Source of the DNA: an uncultured Gammaproteobacteria bacterium
GTDB lineage: Bacteria > Pseudomonadota > Gammaproteobacteria > JAGOUU01
Direction of reading: 5' to 3'
Length of the DNA: 60,738 nt
NCBI GenBank assembly: GCA_964353115.1
Contig: CAYGUI010000002.1
Location: forward strand, 1-60,738
This document shows positions 19,266 to 28,683 of this stretch, piece by piece. A program made the translations under genes and the position numbers. The notes under the pieces are model-generated. The model did not search any database. It saw only the letters and a list, made by a program, of their open reading frames with translations, and was not told where the DNA came from. Position 1 is the stretch's first letter, and each line of letters starts with the position of its first letter.

Positions 19266-19275
19266 GGAATGTAAT

Positions 19276-22200
19276 ATGAAATCAATATTAAAATTATTGC
19301 TTCTAATTTTTTTTGCAAGCTGTTATGCAGAAGAGTTGACTGTAAAAATTGAAAAGGGTCCAATAATTAATTTGAATGATCAAGCAGATATTTTAGCGGC
19401 TAATTGTAAAAATGATATCGATCAAGATAATAATAGAGAATGTGTTGTAATAAAAAGAAGTAAATGTATAAAAATATTATTTAATAATTTTAATGGTAGG
19501 GAAATATCAAGAACTGATGATAATACCTGTGGTTTTGATACTCCAGCAAAAAAAATAATAGCTGAGAGAGAATATTTTAAAAAAGGTGAAAAAGCTCATA
19601 AAAAAGAATTTAGTGAAATTGGCGCAATTAGATTTGATGTAAGATTAGGAAATGATACGCCAGTTATTGATATGATTGGTCATAGAAATATTATAGATAT
19701 GACTGGCGATCAATACGCTGTAAACTGTAAAGATCAGATTTTCCCAAATAATTTACGTGAGTGTTTTATTGCCTATGATAATAAATGTATAAAATTATAT
19801 TTTGATAATGATACAGGGGTAGAAAATACTGCTGCGAAAACAGAAGATACTAGCTGTAATGCATCGCAATCAGGGCGCGGAAAATTAAAAGAAAATTATA
19901 TTCAAGATGGAAGAAAAGCTCATAGACCATACCTAGAAGATTATTTAAAAATTAATTTTAAATTTACAGGTTCGAATTTACAAATAATAGATAATTCAAA
20001 TAATAAAACGACGTCTTTTACATATCCTTCAAATCAAACGCCGGATGCTGTAAATTGTCTTGATGAAATTTTTCCAGGAAACAATAGGCAATGTTTTTTA
20101 ATTTATTCTGATAAATGTATTAAAGTTACTTTAAATAATTATAGTTCTGAAACTGTTGCTGAAGAGGCAGATAATAGTTGTAATTATAGTAGTAAAGAAG
20201 GTCGTAATTCTATTCGTGATAAATTTTCTAAAAAAGGCGTTCAATATAGTAATGAAAATTTTATAAAAAATATTGCTCTTAAATTTGACGTTAAAAAAAA
20301 TAATAATGGTAAATTATCTGCTGATATATTAGATATAAGAAATATTTTAAATAAAGACTCTTCAGACTCTCCATCCGCAGTTATTTGTAAAAATAAAGTA
20401 GACTCATCTAATAACAGTAGAGAGTGTGTATATTTTTATCCTGAGTATTGTTTGCGTATAAATTTAGGTAATTTTAGTGGGATTGAGCTGAGTAAAACAA
20501 AAGATGTTAGCTGTGGTTACTCTATTAAAAATAATTTAGATAAAGTTCTTGAAGAGCTAAGAGAGGATGGTGAAAAGGCTTTTATTGATAATTTTTTTCC
20601 ATCGATACCATATAAATTTAATTTAAAATTAAACAAACCATATAATGGTCAGGATGATATTACAAAGAATACGGTAACTATAAATGATATAGCTTATCAT
20701 TTTACGGATAGGCAAATTACTCAAGTTCTTAATTTTATACCAGCATTTTATTGTAAAGATGTAAATTTAGACAATAAAGTGGAATGTGTAGAGGTTTTAG
20801 CTGATCATTGTATTAGAACTACTTTTTTAAATAAAGAATTTGATCCACAGGGTAAAAATTTTAAGGATATTTATGAATCGCAAATAACAGATGAAAAGTG
20901 TGGTTATTTAACAACGGAGTTATATAATATTTCAGCTAATGAATTAGCTGCTCAAAAAAAATCTGAAAGAAAATTTATCAATTCCCCATTTTACGATAAG
21001 CCTTCGGAGCAATTAGAAGTAAAAGTAGAAAGAGTTCCGTGGTTTTCAATACATGCTTCACCAGTCCTTACTCTTTCTGCCGGCGGTAAGTTTATTGTAA
21101 AACCTTTTATAGAAACAAAAGAAAGAGATTACTTATTTAACCAGTATGGAATTGATAGACCATATAGTATTATTTGTAAAAGGAGTAATTCTGCAAATGT
21201 AATAGATTGTGAGGTTATTAATGATAATAGTTGCCATGTTTTGCAATTTGATGCAACTAGTTATGATTATAAAAATACTAAAATTAGCAATAGTTGCACA
21301 AAATTCTCTAAAGGTAATATTACAGTAGATTTTAGTGCTCCTAATGGATATACATCAACAGCACCTTCAAATTATATTCAGTTAGAAAAATCTTATAAAG
21401 ATTATTTTTTATCAGCAGCTCCTAATATGCGCGGAACAGTAGTAGATAGCATATATGGAAATAATGATCATAGTTTTGTATTTCCAAGAGATAAAGATGG
21501 TTATTTAAATCTTAAAATTACAAATGTTGGTCGCCAGGATATTAATGTACCAATAACTATTTCTAATGTAGCTGGTATAGCATGTCAAAATCACAAATTA
21601 TTTCCAGGAACTTCATCGATTCCTGCGCCAAATATTGATAGTAGAAATTTATATTTTAGAGATAATAAATACTATCCGGCTTCTACATGGTGTTTAGCAA
21701 TCGGTGAGAATTCTTGTGAATATATAGAAATAAATAGTTCCGCTGAAGTTGTGTCACGAAAAAGAGATAATGATTGTGGTTATGTTTCAAATAAAAAACT
21801 AGAGCGTTCATTATGGTATGATCTATTTTTTCTTCAACCGGATTTACAATATTTAGTACCAGATAAAGATGCGCTATTTACCTATCATTATTTAATAGCT
21901 ATTGATTGGAAAAAAACAAACTCTCCTGTTTTTAGTTCTTCGGTGAGTGTATTTGATAGAAATAAATATTATTTTAATTATGGTTCTGAACTCAAATTTT
22001 GGATTGATCATTCAACCAATACTCCAATGGCTCAGGCCAGCATATTTCCAGATCTTATAAGTTCAGATGATCCAAAAAAAGTAATTTTTATTGATAAACA
22101 AGTTGGTTTTGATCCACCAAATGATAATTCTACAGCTATTGCTGCAGGATGCAAAAAAATAACCAAGGATAATCCTGATTATCGAGAATGTATTTTAGTT

Positions 22201-25200
22201 TTTGAGAATGGTTGCCATTTATTTGAACTTAATAATGAAAGTGGTGAAATAAAAAAAGCTTCATTAAGAAAAATTAAAGAATGTGGTTATAAAACACAAA
22301 AACAATTTTCTTATGCGAATGATTTTATAAAAGATTTAGAACTTCATAAGGATAAAACTTTAAAAATTGAATGGTTTAAAAAGCCAAGAGCTAATTTAAC
22401 ATTTGAAAAACAGCAATTTTCTGGTGCTGATAGGATTATTGTTTCTTCAGAAAATCGTACTGATAAAATAGTCGATCAAAATACAATATATAGAAAAAAT
22501 ACCGAAACATTTAACCCAGTTGCTGCTGTTTGTAAAGATGTGGATGCTAATGATCCAAATAATCGCGAATGTTTAATTGTATATCGTGATAAATGTGATT
22601 ATTTTAAAATAGATAATATGACTTCTGTTGAAGTTCCAAATAGTCGAGAAGTAAGAGAAGATTGTGGTTATTTGATTACCTCTCGTTATGTTGAGGCTAA
22701 GAAGTTTTTAGATGCTCAAAAAGATGAAACGCAAAAAATTATTTTGAATGATTTTCAAGCTTCTGATATTCAATTAGTTTTTTCATTACAAAATCAGCGT
22801 CCTATAATTAGTGCAGTAGGAATTACAACGCCAATCATAGATAGTTTGTATAAAACAGTTAATCTTGATTTTGCATTGGCTGCAGCTTGTAAAGATGAAG
22901 ACCGAGTCAATAATATTGGTTTTAGGGAATGTTTAGTCATATTTAAAGATGAATGTCATAAGTTTTTATTGGATAAATTAACAGGAGATATTAAAACAGG
23001 ATCAAAAGAAATTTTAACTAGTTGTGGAGCAAGTACTAAAGATAAATTTAATATCGCAAATAATTTTTATACTTCAAATCAAGTTAGCCAGGGTCAAAGC
23101 ATAAAAGGTAACGGTTACTATTCTCCAATAATTGAATTATCATTTATTTTAGATAGCTTAGGCTGGTTTTCGACAACTAAAGCGCCGGTTATTAAAGATT
23201 TGACCAATAGTAAAATAATAAGTGATCAATACTCAAAATCCTCAATTAGCAGTCGTTTTGCAGCAGCTGCTGCTTGTCAGCCATCAAAAAATTTGCCACC
23301 AGATTTTATAGAATGTTTAATTATTTATCCTGATAGCTGTAGATATTTTAAAATTGATCCTTACACTGGCGTAAAAATAGCAAATTCAGAAGAGATTAGA
23401 ACTTTTTGTGGCTATGAAGAAATTAATAAATATTATGTTTCTTCAAAATTTTATGACCCACTTACTTTAAATACGCAGAAAATTGCAACTAAAGATTACC
23501 ATCCTGTTATTGATACATTAAATTTTTCATTAAGAAGAGATCAAAATTTAAATGTAGATAATATAAAAATAGTATCCTCATCATCTGGATATAATATTAT
23601 TAATGTATCAGATTATATAGGAGGGCCTTATCCAAATATTGAATATGCTGCAGCTGCAGTATGTAAAGATCCTAGTCCTAATAATGAAGAAATTAGAGAG
23701 TGCTTATTAATTTTCAAAGATCAGTGTTTGCATTTTAAAATAAATAGTTACACAAGTTTTTATTATGAGCCAGGAAATATGTTTAGTCATAATAGATTAA
23801 AAGATAGGTGGAATAATTGCGGTTACTCTAATGTTAAAAAATATAAAGTAGCTAATGATTTTTATGAATCACAAATAAATTCAAGTGATAAAATACAGAC
23901 AGATAGGTATGTTAGACCAAAAATTCCACTTAACTTTAGCTTAAGTAACAATACTAATTCTCCAGTTATTGCAAGTGATCAGTTATCTGATCCTATAATA
24001 AAAGAAGATTATACGTTGCCATTTTTATCTACCCCAGAGAGCTCTGTAGCTGCTGGGTGTAAAGATTATCCGCTAAATCCAGCTCAAAAAGAATGTTTAG
24101 TAGTCTTTAAAGATTATTGTAGTTCTTTTAGGATTGACTCATATACTGGTGATATTAATGTAACTACTCAGTCATATCCTAGTGATTGTGGATATAGTAC
24201 ATTAGCAAAATATCTTTACGCTTTAAAATTCTTAGAGACTGTTGAAAAAGATCAAAAAGTAGTAAATTCTGATTTTTTACCACCATTGTTAAAATTATCT
24301 TTTAATAAAGATAGGTTTTATAGCACTGAAATTACAGGTATTGGTCGTACTAGTCCTATAATTGATAAATTCTATATAATAGGAGCTCTTCCTAATCAGG
24401 AATACGCCGAAGCTGCAGTTTGCCAAGATCCTGACGTAAATAATAACTCAAAAAGAAGATGTATGTTGATATTTGCTAACGAATGTCATTCTTTTGATAT
24501 TAATTCTTATACGGGAGATATTAATACGGCTAGTAAATCTATTACTACTACTTGTGGTTATAGTACTTCAGCCAAATTTAGAAATGCTAATGCATTTTAT
24601 ATGTTGCAAACGAAAGTAGATCAAAAAATTGCAGGTGCTAAATTTGCTGATCCAAACTGCTCATTACCTGATAGTAAATTAAAAGAGCTTGATGATTTTA
24701 TATTAAACAAATTTACTGGTTACTATCAAAATGATACTAATTTTATAAATATTAAATTGGATTTATCACGTTCAATAGATCGTCAATTTAATATTTCAAC
24801 TTGTAGTTCAGCAGATCCTTTGCCAGCAAAAATTGTGGAGTATAAAAATTTACTTAACACTGATGCATGTAATCTGGTATTAAAAACAATGAGTTTAGAT
24901 CTTGTTGGTGATAAAAGTAGAAATTTTTATACGTATGTTAATTCTCGTAAATTAATTAATACTTCTTTGCCTACAGTAACTAATCCATATAGCTTGGATA
25001 TTGATAAATTAAATTTATATAACTCAGGTATGAGTGATATGGATTTTATAACTGAATTTTTGGCAACGATACAAAATATAACAGCCAATAATTTTAGATC
25101 TGATTGGAATTGTAATATTAATGCGACTACAAATACTGCTACTAACATCGCGGCATTTAGTCGTGAGAACAGAATTGAACAAAATTTAGTTGCTAATAGA

Positions 25201-25527
25201 AATATTGCTAATAATACCAAAATAATGGATGGTCAAGCACAAAGAACTATATTATTTACTGCAAAAGAGCTTGATATATACTCAGCATTAAATTTAAACA
25301 TTAATATTAATATTCAGCCAGCAAATTGTGGAATAGTAGCTCTGTGTTTAAATAACTATGAATTTGATATTAAAGACGTATTAAGATTAACTAAAAGCTT
25401 AAAATCTCTAAAACTTAATATCGATACACAATGTTTTGCAAATAGAGGAAATGCTATAGTTAATGTTCCGTTATTGGTGTATTTTGATAGTAGTTGTAAT
25501 AGTGGTAATATGAGCCTTTCTTCTTAG
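19276..25527 (+). CDS. hypothetical giant secreted protein (2083 aa) built from 14 tandem 4-Cys modules plus a unique C-terminal domain
   Basis: Signal or lipoprotein-like N-terminus MKSILKLLLLIFFASCYA. Module first-Cys codons are at 19405, 19726, 20055, 20386, 20752, 21175, 21583, 22149, 22531, 22888, 23275, 23662, 24058 and 24421. The ORF is uninterrupted for 6.25 kb in an AT-rich genome. Confidence 0.85.
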   Translation: MKSILKLLLLIFFASCYAEELTVKIEKGPIINLNDQADILAANCKNDIDQDNNRECVVIKRSKCIKILFNNFNGREISRTDDNTCGFDTPAKKIIAEREYFKKGEKAHKKEFSEIGAIRFDVRLGNDTPVIDMIGHRNIIDMTGDQYAVNCKDQIFPNNLRECFIAYDNKCIKLYFDNDTGVENTAAKTEDTSCNASQSGRGKLKENYIQDGRKAHRPYLEDYLKINFKFTGSNLQIIDNSNNKTTSFTYPSNQTPDAVNCLDEIFPGNNRQCFLIYSDKCIKVTLNNYSSETVAEEADNSCNYSSKEGRNSIRDKFSKKGVQYSNENFIKNIALKFDVKKNNNGKLSADILDIRNILNKDSSDSPSAVICKNKVDSSNNSRECVYFYPEYCLRINLGNFSGIELSKTKDVSCGYSIKNNLDKVLEELREDGEKAFIDNFFPSIPYKFNLKLNKPYNGQDDITKNTVTINDIAYHFTDRQITQVLNFIPAFYCKDVNLDNKVECVEVLADHCIRTTFLNKEFDPQGKNFKDIYESQITDEKCGYLTTELYNISANELAAQKKSERKFINSPFYDKPSEQLEVKVERVPWFSIHASPVLTLSAGGKFIVKPFIETKERDYLFNQYGIDRPYSIICKRSNSANVIDCEVINDNSCHVLQFDATSYDYKNTKISNSCTKFSKGNITVDFSAPNGYTSTAPSNYIQLEKSYKDYFLSAAPNMRGTVVDSIYGNNDHSFVFPRDKDGYLNLKITNVGRQDINVPITISNVAGIACQNHKLFPGTSSIPAPNIDSRNLYFRDNKYYPASTWCLAIGENSCEYIEINSSAEVVSRKRDNDCGYVSNKKLERSLWYDLFFLQPDLQYLVPDKDALFTYHYLIAIDWKKTNSPVFSSSVSVFDRNKYYFNYGSELKFWIDHSTNTPMAQASIFPDLISSDDPKKVIFIDKQVGFDPPNDNSTAIAAGCKKITKDNPDYRECILVFENGCHLFELNNESGEIKKASLRKIKECGYKTQKQFSYANDFIKDLELHKDKTLKIEWFKKPRANLTFEKQQFSGADRIIVSSENRTDKIVDQNTIYRKNTETFNPVAAVCKDVDANDPNNRECLIVYRDKCDYFKIDNMTSVEVPNSREVREDCGYLITSRYVEAKKFLDAQKDETQKIILNDFQASDIQLVFSLQNQRPIISAVGITTPIIDSLYKTVNLDFALAAACKDEDRVNNIGFRECLVIFKDECHKFLLDKLTGDIKTGSKEILTSCGASTKDKFNIANNFYTSNQVSQGQSIKGNGYYSPIIELSFILDSLGWFSTTKAPVIKDLTNSKIISDQYSKSSISSRFAAAAACQPSKNLPPDFIECLIIYPDSCRYFKIDPYTGVKIANSEEIRTFCGYEEINKYYVSSKFYDPLTLNTQKIATKDYHPVIDTLNFSLRRDQNLNVDNIKIVSSSSGYNIINVSDYIGGPYPNIEYAAAAVCKDPSPNNEEIRECLLIFKDQCLHFKINSYTSFYYEPGNMFSHNRLKDRWNNCGYSNVKKYKVANDFYESQINSSDKIQTDRYVRPKIPLNFSLSNNTNSPVIASDQLSDPIIKEDYTLPFLSTPESSVAAGCKDYPLNPAQKECLVVFKDYCSSFRIDSYTGDINVTTQSYPSDCGYSTLAKYLYALKFLETVEKDQKVVNSDFLPPLLKLSFNKDRFYSTEITGIGRTSPIIDKFYIIGALPNQEYAEAAVCQDPDVNNNSKRRCMLIFANECHSFDINSYTGDINTASKSITTTCGYSTSAKFRNANAFYMLQTKVDQKIAGAKFADPNCSLPDSKLKELDDFILNKFTGYYQNDTNFINIKLDLSRSIDRQFNISTCSSADPLPAKIVEYKNLLNTDACNLVLKTMSLDLVGDKSRNFYTYVNSRKLINTSLPTVTNPYSLDIDKLNLYNSGMSDMDFITEFLATIQNITANNFRSDWNCNINATTNTATNIAAFSRENRIEQNLVANRNIANNTKIMDGQAQRTILFTAKELDIYSALNLNININIQPANCGIVALCLNNYEFDIKDVLRLTKSLKSLKLNIDTQCFANRGNAIVNVPLLVYFDSSCNSGNMSLSS

Positions 25528-25541
25528 TTAAAAGTAGTACC

Positions 25542-26273
25542 ATGAAAAAGAATATAATTGAACTTTACGGCATTCATGTCGCGGCAACAGCCTTACAAGA
25601 ATGCCCTGAAAATATAATAAAAATAGTTGCGATTGATGCTAAAAATAGCCCGAAAATAAATAGCCTGTTAAGCTTGGCGCGTAAATATGGAATTAGTATT
25701 GAAGTTCGCGCTGCTAAAAGGGCCGACGAAGAGTTGGCCCATCAGGGAATTTTTGTTGAATTAAAGGCACCTAAGCACAAGGGGCTGTCAGAGCTTGCAA
25801 GTTTTCTTGATAAAATAGCTGATAAAAAAGGTAAGCGAATTTTAATTTTAGATCAGGTGCAAGATCCGCGTAATTTGGGTGCTTGCCTACGCTCAGCTGA
25901 TGCAGCTGGTGTTGACTGTGTTATTTTGCCAGAAAAGCATAGCGCGCCACTATCAAGCGTTGCTTACAAATCTTCAGCTGGAGCGGCATTTTATTTACCA
26001 ATCTTTTACGTTAATAATTTGGCACAGAGCATACAAGTATTAAAAGATCATAATTTTTGGATTTATGGTAGTGATCTTAAAGCTCAAAAAACTTTGCATA
26101 ATATTGATTTTGCTGATAATTCAGTGATAGTCATGGGGTCGGAAGATACCGGGATTCGTGACTTAACAGCTAAAAGCTGCGACGAGCTGTTTTATATCCC
26201 AATGAAAGGACGCGTTGAGAGCCTTAATGTCTCGGTCGCAACGGGAATATCCTTGTTTTTTTGTGCAAAATAG
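25542..26273 (+). CDS. rlmB: 23S rRNA (guanosine-2'-O-)-methyltransferase RlmB (SpoU/TrmH family)
   Basis: SpoU motifs (DQVQDPRNLGACLRSADAAGV, MGSEDTGI, ESLNVSVA), 243 aa, positioned upstream of rpsF as in Pseudomonas. Confidence 0.85.
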   Translation: MKKNIIELYGIHVAATALQECPENIIKIVAIDAKNSPKINSLLSLARKYGISIEVRAAKRADEELAHQGIFVELKAPKHKGLSELASFLDKIADKKGKRILILDQVQDPRNLGACLRSADAAGVDCVILPEKHSAPLSSVAYKSSAGAAFYLPIFYVNNLAQSIQVLKDHNFWIYGSDLKAQKTLHNIDFADNSVIVMGSEDTGIRDLTAKSCDELFYIPMKGRVESLNVSVATGISLFFCAK

Positions 26274-26344
26274 GTTACCATTCTTGCTTACCTTTCTTTG
26301 GCATGGGGTCAAAGATTACTATTAATAAACCATAAGGTGACAAA

Positions 26345-26737
26345 ATGAGACACTATGAAGTGGTATTCATGGTCCATCCGGATCAAAGCGATCAAGTAAC
26401 TGTAATGATCGAAAAATATAAGACTTTAGTTGAAAGTAATGGCGGTAAAATCCACCGTTTAGAAGACTGGGGTCGTCGTCAATTAGCTTATCCTATCAAT
26501 AAAGTTCGCAAAGCTCATTATGTATTAATGAACATTGAATGTGAGCCAAGCGTACAATTTGAGCTAAAAGAATTATTTACTTTCAATGACGCTGTTATGC
26601 GTTATTTAATTTTAGCAAAAGAAGAAGCTTGTACTGAAAAATCTTTTATCATGAATCCTCCAGAGAAAAGTGAGGATGATAAAAAAGGTAGAAGAGATGA
26701 TAAAGGTAGAAGAGATAGAAACGAAAATGCTGCATAG
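26345..26737 (+). CDS. rpsF: 30S ribosomal protein S6
   Basis: [19 protein letters not shown]-terminus with an acidic/basic C-terminal tail. Confidence 0.95.
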   Translation: MRHYEVVFMVHPDQSDQVTVMIEKYKTLVESNGGKIHRLEDWGRRQLAYPINKVRKAHYVLMNIECEPSVQFELKELFTFNDAVMRYLILAKEEACTEKSFIMNPPEKSEDDKKGRRDDKGRRDRNENAA

Positions 26738-26745
26738 GTAATAAC

Positions 26746-26928
26746 ATGGCTAAAGAAAAGAAAAATTTTGATTACAAAGAAGATTTGAAAAAATATCTAA
26801 CAGAAACTTTTCAAATTACTCCTGCAAGAGTAAATGGTAACAGTGCAAAAGAACAACGTGCACTTAATAGAGCAGTTAAATTAGCGCGCTATTTAGCTCT
26901 AGTTCCATATACTGATCAACACAGATAG
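26746..26928 (+). CDS. rpsR: 30S ribosomal protein S18 (short N-terminus, 60 aa)
   Basis: C-terminal [20 protein letters not shown] matches the S18 core. Located between rpsF and rplI. Confidence 0.85.
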   Translation: MAKEKKNFDYKEDLKKYLTETFQITPARVNGNSAKEQRALNRAVKLARYLALVPYTDQHR

Positions 26929-26937
26929 AGGTGTAAC

Positions 26938-27384
26938 ATGCAAGTAATTTTATTAGACAACATTAAAAATTTAGGTCGTTTAGGCGAAAAAGTTAAAGTT
27001 AAGGCTGGATTTGGTCGTAACTATCTTATCCCACAACAAAAAGCTGTATTTGCAACTAAAGACAACTTGGCAATGTTTGAATCGCGTCGTGCTGAATTTG
27101 AACAAAAAGCACAAGAAACTTTAGCTGGAGCGCAAAAAAGAGCCGAAGAGTTTAAAGATAAAAAAATCCTTATTGCTGCTAAAGCTAGTGAAGAAGGAAA
27201 ACTTTATGGCTCAGTTGGAACTCGTGAGATTTCTAAAGTAGCTAACGCTATGGGTCTTAATCTTGAAGCGAGTGAAATAATTCTAACAGAAGGCGTTATT
27301 CGCATGGTTGGCGAATATAACATCACTATATCATTACATAATGATGTTAACTTTGATCTTCCATTAGAAATTGTTGCAGAGTAG
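26938..27384 (+). CDS. rplI: 50S ribosomal protein L9
   Basis: N-terminus MQVILLDNIKNLGRLGEKVKVKAGFGRNYLIPQ, 148 aa. Confidence 0.95.
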   Translation: MQVILLDNIKNLGRLGEKVKVKAGFGRNYLIPQQKAVFATKDNLAMFESRRAEFEQKAQETLAGAQKRAEEFKDKKILIAAKASEEGKLYGSVGTREISKVANAMGLNLEASEIILTEGVIRMVGEYNITISLHNDVNFDLPLEIVAE

Positions 27385-27955
27385 CTTTTAGCTCATCTAA
27401 CCCCAATTTATTGTGTGCAGAAAAAATCTGTGTCGAGAATAAATTGGGGTAGTCTTTAATATATTCTTTTACTTCTCTTAAGCTTTTTGCTTTATCTTTT
27501 TGGTTAACTTTATCAGCTTTTGTTAATACTATATGAGTTTTAATATTGTGCTCTAGACACCAATCTAGCATGTTGCAATCAGAATCTTTTAATGGGTGTC
27601 TAATATCCATGATAAGAACCAATACCGCTAGAGATTCTCGGTGAGATAAATAATTACTAATTAAATTATCCCAATCTTTTTTCATCTTATGTGATACTTT
27701 AGCGTAGCCATATCCAGGTAAATCAACCAACCTTGTTTTTTCAGACTCATCAAGTACAAAAATATTAATTAACTGTGTGCGTCCAGGAGTTTTACTAACC
27801 CGAGCCAGGCTCTTTTGATTAGTTAACACATTAATAGTGCTGGATTTTCCGGCATTAGATCTGCCAATAAAAGCAATCTCGATACCGTTATCTTGAGGTA
27901 AATCAGAATTTTTAGCGCCGCTTAGTAAAAAATAAGCATTTTGAAACAAGATCAT
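27347..27955 (-). CDS. engB: ribosome biogenesis GTPase EngB/YihA
   Basis: G1 motif GRSNAGKSSTIN, DLPGYG (G3) and TKADK (G4). Divergent from cytochrome c4, as in many gammaproteobacteria. Confidence 0.9.
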   Translation of the reverse strand: MILFQNAYFLLSGAKNSDLPQDNGIEIAFIGRSNAGKSSTINVLTNQKSLARVSKTPGRTQLINIFVLDESEKTRLVDLPGYGYAKVSHKMKKDWDNLISNYLSHRESLAVLVLIMDIRHPLKDSDCNMLDWCLEHNIKTHIVLTKADKVNQKDKAKSLREVKEYIKDYPNLFSTQIFSAHNKLGLDELKATLQQFLMEDQS

Positions 27956-28027
27956 CTTTGTATTATTGTTCTTTTAGGTATAAAATTATGCACTAAATAT
28001 AACATATATCAGCACATAGAGGTGTAA

Positions 28028-28657
28028 ATGCGAAAAGTTTATTTAGTTACGTTTATTTTTTTATTTTCTATAATTCCAGCGATTATTCAAGCCCAGGCGA
28101 TTAATGTCCAAAAGTTGATTGAACCATGCGCTGCGTGCCATGGGGCAAATGGTAATAAGACTTTAATGGAAAGTTATCCAAAATTAGCATCGCAGCATAG
28201 AACCTATATTGCTGAGCAATTAAGCATATTTAAAAAAGGTGCGGATAAGGGTAATAATCCTAATTATCGTACTTCTGATCAAGCGGCACTAATGTATGCT
28301 CAAGTTCAAAATTTGTCAGAAGAAGATATCTACGCGATTGGCAATTACTATAGCCAACAAAAAATTACAAGTGGAGAAATTTCACAAAAGTTTGTTGATA
28401 AAACACGTAACATTTATTTAGGTGGAAACTTAGAGCATAATGTTCCTGCTTGCGCTGCTTGTCATGGACCTCAAGGGTACGGTAATGAAGGAGCAAAATT
28501 TCCACGCTTAGCTGGACAAAATGCTGAATATATAAAACAGCAATTAATTAATTATAAAAATAAAACTCGTGGTAATGATATGATGCAAGATATTGCATCA
28601 AAATTAAGTGATAATGAAATTGAATTGGTATCACAGCTTATTCAAGCACTAAAATAA
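28028..28657 (+). CDS. dihaem cytochrome c4
   Basis: Signal peptide plus two CAACHG haem-binding motifs about 100 aa apart. Confidence 0.85.
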   Translation: MRKVYLVTFIFLFSIIPAIIQAQAINVQKLIEPCAACHGANGNKTLMESYPKLASQHRTYIAEQLSIFKKGADKGNNPNYRTSDQAALMYAQVQNLSEEDIYAIGNYYSQQKITSGEISQKFVDKTRNIYLGGNLEHNVPACAACHGPQGYGNEGAKFPRLAGQNAEYIKQQLINYKNKTRGNDMMQDIASKLSDNEIELVSQLIQALK

Positions 28658-28683
28658 TTTTTATAATTTAACAGGGAGAAAAA

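Noticed and set aside
13138-25541. Classical mobile genomic island (integrase, tRNA target, direct repeats) for the 12.4-kb insertion
   Set aside because: I saw no integrase, transposase, tRNA or flanking direct repeats at the rnr or rlmB borders. The insertion is inferred from synteny only, so it is reported as an operon insertion rather than a mobile element.
26274-26344. Possible structured S6:S18 autoregulatory leader upstream of rpsF
   Set aside because: It is plausible from the literature, but I could not verify the conserved secondary structure by eye in this 71-nt AT-rich leader.
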